From assembly GCA_963771725.1 (NCBI GenBank), contig CAVYUO010000005.1:164929-228928 (forward strand): 64,000 nucleotides of DNA, given 5' to 3'. This stretch comes from an uncultured Actinomycetes bacterium (GTDB taxonomy: Bacteria; Actinomycetota; Thermoleophilia; Gaiellales; Gaiellaceae). Both the position numbers and the translations under genes were made by a program. Under the pieces are notes generated by a model. It was not told where the DNA came from. It was given only the letters and a program-made list of their open reading frames with translations, and searched no databases. This document shows positions 51,584 to 59,692 of the stretch, in pieces (positions within the stretch are counted from its first letter, which is position 1; each line of letters opens with the position of its first letter).

Positions 51584-52003
51584 TCACGCGGCGTGGCCTG
51601 GAACGTGAACTATCTCTAGTTTCATGCCATCGGGGTCGTAGAAGAAAACCGCGTAGTAGCCGGGCGAGTACCAGTACTCCTCCGGACCGCTCTCGATCTC
51701 GCCTCCCTGCGCCTCCACCCAGGCGGCGCGCTCGTCCACCGCGGCGCGTGAGGAGGCCTCGAACGCAACGTGGTGGACGCCGACCTCGTAGCGGTCGAAC
51801 GGGGCCGCGCGGGGGCTCAGTGCCTCGCGCACCCCGAGTGACGAGCCGGGGCCCCAGAGGTACCAGATCGTCTCGTTACGCTCGCCCTGGACCTCGGTGA
51901 GCCCGTGCCAGCCGAGTGGCCCGAGGAGATCTCGGTAGAAGGGCAGGCTGCGCTCGATCGACGAGACGACGAGGTCTATGTGGTGGATCCCCGTGGAGCG
52001 CAC
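51584..52003 (-). CDS. VOC/glyoxalase-bleomycin-resistance-dioxygenase family protein
   Basis: GIHHIDLVVSSIERSLPFYRDLLG...HHVAFEA...FFYDPDGMKLEIVH. Confidence 0.8.
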   Translation of the reverse strand: MRSTGIHHIDLVVSSIERSLPFYRDLLGPLGWHGLTEVQGERNETIWYLWGPGSSLGVREALSPRAAPFDRYEVGVHHVAFEASSRAAVDERAAWVEAQGGEIESGPEEYWYSPGYYAVFFYDPDGMKLEIVHVPGHAA

Positions 52004-52024
52004 GGCAACGATTGACCTTCCGCG

Positions 52025-52846
52025 CTACTTGGCCATGTCCTCCGCGCGGCCGTAACGGACCGCTCGGCGAACGGCGCGTGGGTCGAGCCCCCGCTCGAGC
52101 AACTCCTGACGGAGCTCGCCCTCCGCGGCCAGGCGCAGGAAGAGCCACGCGAGGGCGCCCAGAGTGACCAGTGAGCCCTCGACCATCATCACGGCGCCCG
52201 CAATCCCCTGGTCGCCTGCGGCCGAGAGGCCAAACGGCCGGTCGGCGTGCTCGTAGAACGAGTAGAAGGGGTCGCCGGACCACACGAGCACGTTGCCGAG
52301 CACCGTCGAGAGCGCACGCACGGCGACCATGTAGCCCATCTTCCAGGCCGTCCCGAACCATTCCGGCGCAGGCAGCACTTCGAGAACGGGCGACCACATG
52401 ATGGCGCCCGCAGCGAAGAACGACACGTGCTCGAGCGCGTGCACGGCGTCATGGCGCAGGGCCGCCTCGTAGAGGAAGGGCAGGTGCCAGACGTAGAGGT
52501 TCGCGGCCCACAGAGGGAGGGCAACGAGCGGGTGCGAGAGCACGCGCAGGCTCCGCACCGCCCGCACGGAGAGCAGCGGCCGCAGGACGGGACCGGTGAG
52601 ACCGGCGACGATGCAGAGCGCCGCGAGGTCGCCGAGCAGCAGGTGCTGAACCATGTGAAAGGCGAACGACTCCAGGGCGAGCTCTTCGAGCGGCCAGGAG
52701 AGGGAGACGACGAGCAGGAGGACGCCGAGCCCGAAGAGGACCGGCTTCCAGGCGGGCAGCGGCGTCCCGCGCCGGCGCAGCCCGCGCACGCGGAGCCCAT
52801 AGAGAACCGCACCGATCGCTATAGGCAGCAGTTGCAACGGGTCCAC
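52025..52846 (-). CDS. ctaG: Cytochrome c oxidase assembly factor CtaG (caa3-type) family membrane protein
   Basis: Multi-TM protein with FAFHMVQHLLLGDLAALCIVAG and HALEHVSFFAAGAIMWSPV, characteristic of Caa3_CtaG. Confidence 0.75.
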   Translation of the reverse strand: MDPLQLLPIAIGAVLYGLRVRGLRRRGTPLPAWKPVLFGLGVLLLVVSLSWPLEELALESFAFHMVQHLLLGDLAALCIVAGLTGPVLRPLLSVRAVRSLRVLSHPLVALPLWAANLYVWHLPFLYEAALRHDAVHALEHVSFFAAGAIMWSPVLEVLPAPEWFGTAWKMGYMVAVRALSTVLGNVLVWSGDPFYSFYEHADRPFGLSAAGDQGIAGAVMMVEGSLVTLGALAWLFLRLAAEGELRQELLERGLDPRAVRRAVRYGRAEDMAK

Positions 52847-52888
52847 AGATCGAGTCTAGGTCTCCGCCTCTCCGCTTAGACTCGGCCC

Positions 52889-53798
52889 GTGACCGACAAG
52901 ACCTACGCAGCGGCAGGCGTTTCGCTCGACCTGGCCGAGTCCGTCGTCGAGCGCCTGCGGGCGGCAGTGGAGTCGACCGGCACCAAGGGCTTCGGCGGCT
53001 TCGCGGGCCTCTACCCCCTCGACGAGAACCGTTTCCTGGCCGCGACGACCGACAGCGTCGGCACCAAGCTCATGCTGGCGCGCCGCGCCGGGCGGCTGCA
53101 CGGCGCCGGCATGGACCTCGCCGCACACTGCGCGAACGACGTCATCTGCGTGGGCGCTGACCCGCTCTTCCTCCTCGACTACGTCGCCGCCAACAGTCTC
53201 TCGCTGGACGAAGTCGCCGAGCTCGTCGACGGCCTGGCCGAGGTCTGTCGCTCGGCGGGCTGCGCGATCCTCGGCGGGGAGACCGCGGAGCTGCCGGGGA
53301 TCTACCAGGAAGGCGAGCTCGACTTCGTGGGCACCTGCGTCGGGCTCGTCGAGGCTGACCGGGTGATCGACGGCTCACGGTGCGAGGCCGGCGACGTCGT
53401 CCTCGGCATCGCCTCCTCCGGCCTGCACACGAACGGGTACTCGCTCGTGCGCAAGCTGATCGGCGACGGCGACTTCGACGCCGACCTGCTGCTCGCGCCG
53501 CACCGCCTCTACGTCCAAGAGGTGCGCGCCTTGCGCGCCGCGACGGAAGTGAAGGCACTGGCGCACGTGACCGGCGGCGGGATCCTCGGAAACCTGAGCC
53601 GGGTCCTGCCCGTCGGCGTCACGGCCGAGATCGACTGGGGCTCGTGGCCGCGGCCGCCGGTGTTCGACTGGCTCGCCGAGCAGGACGTGCCCGAAGAGGA
53701 GCAGCGCCGTGTCTTCAACATGGGCATCGGCATGTGCGCGGTCGTGCCGGAGCCGGGCGAGCGTCGGCGAATGGCTGCCGATCGGGCGGCTGGCTTGA
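52889..53798 (+). CDS. purM: Phosphoribosylformylglycinamidine cyclo-ligase. The C-terminus is either fused to purN, as the ORF reads, or ends at TGA 53796-53798 after a +1 shift near 53750-53760.
   Basis: YAAAGVSLD...GGFAGLY...DSVGTKL...DLAAHCANDV...LGGETAE...HVTGGG...FNMGIGM. The +1 frame gives ASVGEWLPIGRLA*. Confidence 0.85.
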
Positions 53799-54334
53799 TC
53801 GGCGTCCTCGTCAGCGGGGAGGGCTCGAACCTGCAGGCGCTGATCGACGACGGGCTCCCGATCGCGGCCGTCGCGTCGAACACGACCGGAGTGCGCGCCT
53901 TAGCGCGGGCCGAGGCGGCCGGCATACCGAACGCAGTCTTCGAGCAGGAGGGCTTCCCGACCCGAGAGGAGCGTGACGCTGCCATGGCGGACTGGCTCGC
54001 CGCGCAGGGCGTCCAGCTCGTCGTCTGCGCCGGCTTCATGCACCTTCTCCGCGCTCCGTTCCTCGAGCGCTTCGCGGGCCGGATCGTCAATACGCACTCG
54101 GCGCCGCTACCCGACTTCCCCGGCGCCCACCCGATCGAGGACGTCCTCGCGGCGGGCGTGAAAGAGACGGCCGCGACCGTGCACTACGTCGACGAGGGCA
54201 TGGACACCGGCCCGGTCATCGTGGCCGAGCGAGTCCCGATCCACGAGGACGACACGGTCGAAACACTGCGCGCGCGCGTCCAGGCCGTCGAGCACCGCCT
54301 CTTGCCGCAGGCCGTCCGCGAGCTGATCACGTGA
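53795..54334 (+). CDS. purN: Phosphoribosylglycinamide formyltransferase
   Basis: (L)IGVLVSGEGSNLQALID...VVCAGFMHLL...IVNTHSAPLPDFPG...ATVHYVDEGMDTGPVIV. A TTG at 53795 overlaps the +1-frame TGA (TTGA). Confidence 0.85.
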   Translation: MIGVLVSGEGSNLQALIDDGLPIAAVASNTTGVRALARAEAAGIPNAVFEQEGFPTREERDAAMADWLAAQGVQLVVCAGFMHLLRAPFLERFAGRIVNTHSAPLPDFPGAHPIEDVLAAGVKETAATVHYVDEGMDTGPVIVAERVPIHEDDTVETLRARVQAVEHRLLPQAVRELIT

Positions 54335-55869
54335 TCAAGCGTGCCCTCCTGTCCACGTTCGACAAGGAAGGTCTCGTCGAGTTCGCGCATGGGCTCGAAG
54401 AGCTCGGCGTCGAGCTGGTCGCCAGCGGCGGCACCGCCGACCACCTCGAGGAGCACGGAATCGAGACCGCGCGGGTCGAGGACCTGACGGAGATCCCCGA
54501 GCTCCTCGGCGGCCGCGTGAAGACCCTGCACCCACGGATTCACGCCGCGATCCTGGCCCGGCGAGACCACCCGGACGACCTCGCGGCGCTCGACGAGCAC
54601 GGCATCCGCCCGTTCGACCTCGTCTGCGTCAACCTCTACCCCTTCACGCAGGTCATCTCACGGCGGGGTGTCCAGGAGGAGGACGCGGTCGAGATGATCG
54701 ACATCGGCGGCCCGTCCATGCTCCGCGCGGCGGCCAAGAACTTCGCGCACGTCGCGCCCGTGTGCAAGCCGGAGCGCTACGGCCCGATCCTCGCCGAGCT
54801 GCGTCAGTCGCGCGGTATCTCCGGCGAGACCCGCCGCATTCTCGCGGCCGAAGCCTTCTCGACCACGGCGGCCTACGAGGCGGCGATCGCGCGCTGGTTC
54901 AGCGACATCGACGCGTTCCCGGAGTCCTACACCCCGAGCTTCGTCAAGGTGACCGACCTCGTCTACGGCGAGAACCCGCACCAGCGCGCGGCGTACTACG
55001 CCCAGTCGGGTGCCCGGCGGCACCTGCTCTCCCGTGTCGGCCAGCTGCACGGGCGCGAGCTCTCGTTCAACAACCTCGGCGACCTCTCCGCGGCGCGGTT
55101 GCTCTCGATGGAGTTCACGGTGCCGTGCTGCGTCATCGTCAAGCACGCGAACCCGGCCGGCGTGGCCGTGGCGGGCTCGATCGAGGAGGCTTACGAGCGC
55201 GCGCTGGCCGCGGATCCACTCTCGGCTTACGGAGCCGTCATCGTGCTCAACCGCCCGGTCGGCGACGAGCTCGGGGCGAAGATCGCCGAGCAGTTCGTCG
55301 AAGTGCTCCTGGCTCCGGAGTTCGGCGAGAAAGGGCTCGAGGCGCTGCAGCAGAAGCCGGCGACTCGAATCCTCGTCGACCACGAGCGGCGGCGGTTCGA
55401 CCCGAGCGAGAAGGACTTCAGACGCGTTCTGGGCGGACTACTCGTGCAGGACCGGGACTGGGGCACGACCGAGCGGGAGGGCATGGACATGGTGTGCGGA
55501 AAGCCGGGCGAGTCGGACTGGGGCGACCTGCTCTTTGCGTGGCGGGTCTGCAAGCACACGACGTCGAATGCGATCGTGATCGCGAGGGACCTGCAGACGA
55601 TCGGGATCGGAGCGGGGCAGATGAGCCGCGTGGACGCGGTCAAGATCGCCCTCGAGAAGGCGCGCGAGCACGGCCACGACCTCACCGGGGCCGCGCTCGC
55701 CTCAGATGCGTTCTTCCCGTTCCCCGACGGCCCGCGCGCCGCGCTCGAGGCCGGCGTGAAGGCGATCATCCAGCCCGGCGGCTCGAAGCGCGACCGGGAC
55801 GTGATCGACGCTGTCGAGAGCGCGGGCGCGACGATGGTGTTCACCCACCGGCGCCACTTCCGGCACTGA
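54331..55869 (+). CDS. purH: Bifunctional AICAR transformylase / IMP cyclohydrolase
   Basis: IKRALLSTFDKEGLVEFA...GGRVKTLHPRIHAAIL...VCVNLYPF..., C-terminal ...SDAFFPFPDG...IIQPGGSKRD...MVFTHRRHFRH. Confidence 0.95.
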   Translation: MIKRALLSTFDKEGLVEFAHGLEELGVELVASGGTADHLEEHGIETARVEDLTEIPELLGGRVKTLHPRIHAAILARRDHPDDLAALDEHGIRPFDLVCVNLYPFTQVISRRGVQEEDAVEMIDIGGPSMLRAAAKNFAHVAPVCKPERYGPILAELRQSRGISGETRRILAAEAFSTTAAYEAAIARWFSDIDAFPESYTPSFVKVTDLVYGENPHQRAAYYAQSGARRHLLSRVGQLHGRELSFNNLGDLSAARLLSMEFTVPCCVIVKHANPAGVAVAGSIEEAYERALAADPLSAYGAVIVLNRPVGDELGAKIAEQFVEVLLAPEFGEKGLEALQQKPATRILVDHERRRFDPSEKDFRRVLGGLLVQDRDWGTTEREGMDMVCGKPGESDWGDLLFAWRVCKHTTSNAIVIARDLQTIGIGAGQMSRVDAVKIALEKAREHGHDLTGAALASDAFFPFPDGPRAALEAGVKAIIQPGGSKRDRDVIDAVESAGATMVFTHRRHFRH

Positions 55870-57200
55870 GCAGCCGCAAAGCCCGGGCGGCCGAGAGCAA
55901 CAGTTCCTTGCTCGACGCATGAATTGCGACGTAGATCCCGTCCCGCTTCAGGTTCGCGAAGCGACCGAAGATGATCATGCTTCCTTCCGGCGGCGTAAAG
56001 CCGGTCGCTCCGCGGAAGAACCCGGGATGCGGATCAGTGGTTTCTTGCACGACGACATGGGGCCCCTCGTAGTTCGGGAGGATCGAGACGGGCCTTCGTG
56101 AAACCGCATTGTTCGCGTAGACGAGTTGAATCGCCTCGTGCTCCGCACCCCAGATGGGAGGCCCGGCATGGACGAAGACCCTGCCCTCTCGTATTCCGAA
56201 CGAGCCGAACTTCCGTAGGCAGGCCGGGCGACGCGGACGCGTCATCCGCGCCGCCTCGGCAACGCAAGCCTTCGCTTCTGCGGCTGCTGCTCCCTGGAGC
56301 TCTGTTTCCTGCGTTCGACCCACGGTGGTCGTCCTCAGGCCGACCTGCGCGAGGCGTAGGCCTGAATGTTCAGGGCCTAGCCAGAGAGGCTGGCGTCCCA
56401 AGGCGCTCGCCGCCTCCGAGAGCTCGATCGGCGTACCGCCTTCACGAAATGCGCCTACGTCGAACGGGTTGGGAGCCCCTACGCTGAAGTCCCCTTCACC
56501 TTCGGCCAACAGCTCGAGCTCGAGAACGCGCGACTCGCGATCCGGGCCGGCTTCGCCGTCCACCGTCTCGCGCGTCGCGACGGGCTCGTAGGTCTCGCGT
56601 GAGACGGCGACATCGTGCGCCCACTCGATGCTGCCCCGGTCCCTCCGGAAGGAAATCTGAAAAGACGCGGATCCAGTACACGGGGATGCCAAACACCTCT
56701 CCGGGACCCAGCAACCTGGCGTGTCCGGCCTCGAGCGCCTCGGGATAGCCCTCCGCGAGCAGGCCGAATGTTTGGGCGAGGAAGCGCGGAACCTCTCCGG
56801 GCGGCCAGAGCTCCTCTCCCTGCTTGACGCCGCCGAAGCGGGACACGGAGTGCAGTCCGCGATCCGCGTCGTACCAGACCTCGCGCTCGCCGTTGAACCG
56901 CGTGCGCTCACCTGTCCTGAGGTCGATGACGTCCCCTCCCCACCCCTCGCGGATGACCGCGTGCAAGACCGGGCCCTCCCCGACGGCCGCGAGGGCGCGA
57001 TCGAGTACTCCGGTGCTTTCGCCCGTCTTCCAGGGCGCAACGGCAATGACGGCGGCCACACCGAGCACGGCAGCGACGATTGCCAACCGCGGCGCAGCCC
57101 AGCGGGCGCGCGACGGGCGCGCGTCCTGAAGGACGCCGTCCCAGTCCGGGAGCCGCTCCGTGTCCGGCGTCAGTCGCTCGAGTGTCTGCTTCATGTCCAT
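55841..57200 (-). CDS. Single-pass membrane protein co-transcribed with ECF sigma 1 (putative anti-sigma/partner). One frame break in the A4/T4 run 56660-56663.
   Basis: MDMKQTLERLTPDTERLPDWDGVLQDA..., TM LAIVAAVLGVAAVIAVAP, up to GIPVYWIRV in ORF 56496..57200. It continues as FQISFRRDRGSIEWAHDV... to the end in ORF 55841..57061. The start overlaps the sigma gene's stop by 10 nt. Confidence 0.55.
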
Positions 57201-57682
57201 TGATCTGCCTCCCTGAGTGAGCTGCGAAGCGCCGCATGAGCGGCGTTGAGAGTGGCGCCGACGGTTCCCGAAGTGACGCCGAGCGTGCCGGCGATCGCCT
57301 CGTAGTCGAGGTCGGCGTAGTACCGGAGGAAGAGGGTGAGCCTCTGACGCTCGGGTAGAGCCGCCACCGCGGCCCGCACGGGGTCGCCGCTGCCGTTCTC
57401 ACTGTGCGAGACCGGCTCGGCCTCGAGCTGCTCGGGCTGCGGCACCCGTTTCTTCGCCGCGTTGACGACCATGCGCCAGACCCAGGCCTCGAGCGGCCCC
57501 TCGCCGCGGAACGAGCCTCGGTGCCGAACCGCCTGAACGAACGCGTCGTGAACGGCATCGGCGCCGAGGCCCTCCTCGCCCGTGACGGCCGTCGCCACCC
57601 GCACGAAAGCGCCGAAGCGGGCCCGGTAGATCCCCTCCAGGTCGGCGAGCGAAGCTCCGCGGCTAATCCTCATCCAGTCCAT
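57191..57682 (-). CDS. ECF-type RNA polymerase sigma-70 family factor, copy 1
   Basis: Region 2: DAVHDAFVQAV...GPLEAWVWRMVVNAA. Region 4: LPERQRLTLFLRYYADLDYEAIAGTLGVTSGTVGATLNAAHAALR. Confidence 0.85.
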   Translation of the reverse strand: MDWMRISRGASLADLEGIYRARFGAFVRVATAVTGEEGLGADAVHDAFVQAVRHRGSFRGEGPLEAWVWRMVVNAAKKRVPQPEQLEAEPVSHSENGSGDPVRAAVAALPERQRLTLFLRYYADLDYEAIAGTLGVTSGTVGATLNAAHAALRSSLREADQWT

Positions 57683-57731
57683 TGATCCCGGGAGACGCGA
57701 GGAATCTTTAGTGGAGTACGCTTTTTGCGCA

Positions 57732-59138
57732 ATGGCGCGCGAGTATCCGACCGTCCTCGACCTCGTCGGCGACACTCCGCTCGTCCGCCTCCAGCGGCTG
57801 GTTCCCGAGGACGCGGGCACCGTCGTCGCCAAGCTCGAGTACCTCAATCCCGGCGGCTCCATGAAGGACCGGATCGGGATCACGATGATCGAGGCCGCCG
57901 AGCGCGAGGGCAAGCTGAAGCCGGGCGGCACGATCGTCGAGCCGACCTCCGGCAACACCGGCACCGGCCTCGCGATCGCCGCCGCGCTCAAGGGCTACCG
58001 CTGCATCTTCGTCATGCCCGACAAGATGAGCCAGCGAGAAGATCTCGCTGCTTCGCGCCTACGGGGCCGAGGTCGTCGTCTGCCCGTACGCGGTCGCGCC
58101 CGAGTCGCCGGAGAGCTACTACTCGGTGTCCGACCGGCTCGCCGAGGAGATCCCGGGTGCGTACAAGCCCGACCAGTACACGAACGAGTTCAACCCGCAG
58201 GCGCACTACGAGACCACCGGGCCGGAGATCTGGGAGCAGACCGGGCGGCGAGATCGACGCGCTCGTCATCGCCGTCGGCACGGGCGGGACGATCTCCGGC
58301 ACTGCGCGCTACCTCAAGGAGCAGAACCCCGAGCGTGCTCATCGTCGGTGCCGACCCCGAGGGCTCGATCTACACCTCCGGCGAAGACATGCACCCCTAC
58401 CTCGTCGAGGGCGTGGGCGAGGACTTCTATCCCGAGACGTTCGACAAGTCGGTCGTCGACCAGTGGGTCACCGTGTCCGACAAGGACTCGTTTGTCACTG
58501 CGAGGCGAATGGCGCGCGAGGAGGGCCTGTTGATCGGCGGCTCCGGCGGCACGGCTGTCTGGGCGGCGATCGAGGTCGCGAAGCAGCTCGGGCCGGGCAA
58601 GACGGTCGTGACGCTGATCCCCGACGGCGGCCGCGCCTACCTGTCCAAGTTCTTCGACGACAACTACATGCTCGAGCTCGGCTTCCTCGAGCGTGATACG
58701 CCGTCACCGACGGTCGAGCAGGTGCTGAGCGCGAAGAGAACGGAGGAGCCCGACATTCCCGACCTCGTCACGATCCTCTCCAACCAGAAGGTCGGAGACG
58801 CGATCGACCTGATGCAGCGCTACTCGATCTCACAGCTGCCGGTGGTGCGGAACGGCGAGGTCGACTCGCTCGCCGACGTGATCGGCTCGCTGCATGACCG
58901 CGACTTGCTCGACCGCGTCTTCAAGAACCCGGACGCGCTGAACGAGGACGTCGCTGCGGCGATGCAGCCCCCGCTGGCCGCCGTCGACACCGACGAGAAG
59001 CTGGACGAGGTCTACTCGACGCTGACGGGCCGGACGAACGCCGTCGTCGTCGCGCGGGGCGGCAAGCCGATCGGCGTCCTGACGCGCACCGACCTGCTCG
59101 AGTACCTGGCGCACAACCGCGGAAACTCGACCGGGTAG
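57732..59138 (+). CDS. cbs: Cystathionine beta-synthase-like protein (CysK/CBS PLP domain plus a C-terminal CBS pair). Three +1 frame breaks (58035, about 58245, 58334).
   Basis: LDLVGDTPLVRL...NPGGSMKDRIG...EPTSGNTGTGLAIAAA...FVMPDKMSQ (frame 0). EKISLLRAYGAEVVVCP...PDQYTNEFNPQAHYETTGPEIWEQTG (frame 1). GEIDALVIAVGTGGTISGTARYLKEQNP (frame 2). VLIVGADPEGS... and the CBS domains (frame 0). Confidence 0.85.
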   Translation: MAREYPTVLDLVGDTPLVRLQRLVPEDAGTVVAKLEYLNPGGSMKDRIGITMIEAAEREGKLKPGGTIVEPTSGNTGTGLAIAAALKGYRCIFVMPDKMSQREDLAASRLRGRGRRLPVRGRARVAGELLLGVRPARRGDPGCVQARPVHERVQPAGALRDHRAGDLGADRAARSTRSSSPSARAGRSPALRATSRSRTPSVLIVGADPEGSIYTSGEDMHPYLVEGVGEDFYPETFDKSVVDQWVTVSDKDSFVTARRMAREEGLLIGGSGGTAVWAAIEVAKQLGPGKTVVTLIPDGGRAYLSKFFDDNYMLELGFLERDTPSPTVEQVLSAKRTEEPDIPDLVTILSNQKVGDAIDLMQRYSISQLPVVRNGEVDSLADVIGSLHDRDLLDRVFKNPDALNEDVAAAMQPPLAAVDTDEKLDEVYSTLTGRTNAVVVARGGKPIGVLTRTDLLEYLAHNRGNSTG

Positions 59139-59179
59139 TACTGAAGAAAACAGGCCTTCTCACTCGTCATATTGGTTGG

Positions 59180-59692
59180 ATGGCGAAATCCGCCGACGAC
59201 GAGGGTGCTCATCTCGCGGAGATCGAACGCGTCTATAGGAATCGCCTGCCCGAGTTTCGGCGGGTCGCTGCGGCGATCCTCGGCGACCGAGACGCGGCCC
59301 GCGATGCCGTCCAGGATGGGTTCGCCAGGGCCGTCAAGAAGCGGGCGTCGTTTCGTCGCGAAGGACCGCTCGAGGCCTGGATCTGGCGCATCGTCGTCAA
59401 TTCGTCCCGCGAGCACGCGCGCCGACGATCAGGTATCTCGACGGAGGTCGCGCCCATCGAGCAAGCCGTCAACGGCTCGGGCTCCGCTGAGTTGGAGACT
59501 GACGCGCGCGTCCACGTTGCGCTCTCGCTGCTCTCCGAGCGACAGCGGCTCGTCCTCTTTCTTCGCTACTACGCCGACCTCGACTACCGGACAATCGCGG
59601 GAGCCCTCGACATCGCGCCCGGGACCGTCGGGGTCACGTTGAACACGGTGCACACGAAGCTCCGCCGCCTGCTGGAGGAGGTTCCGCAATGA
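59180..59692 (+). CDS. ECF-type RNA polymerase sigma-70 family factor, copy 2 (paralog of 57191..57682)
   Basis: DAVQDGFARAV...GPLEAWIWRIVVNSS...LSERQRLVLFLRYYADLDYRTIAGALDIAPGTVGVTLNTVHTKLR. Confidence 0.85.
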   Translation: MAKSADDEGAHLAEIERVYRNRLPEFRRVAAAILGDRDAARDAVQDGFARAVKKRASFRREGPLEAWIWRIVVNSSREHARRRSGISTEVAPIEQAVNGSGSAELETDARVHVALSLLSERQRLVLFLRYYADLDYRTIAGALDIAPGTVGVTLNTVHTKLRRLLEEVPQ

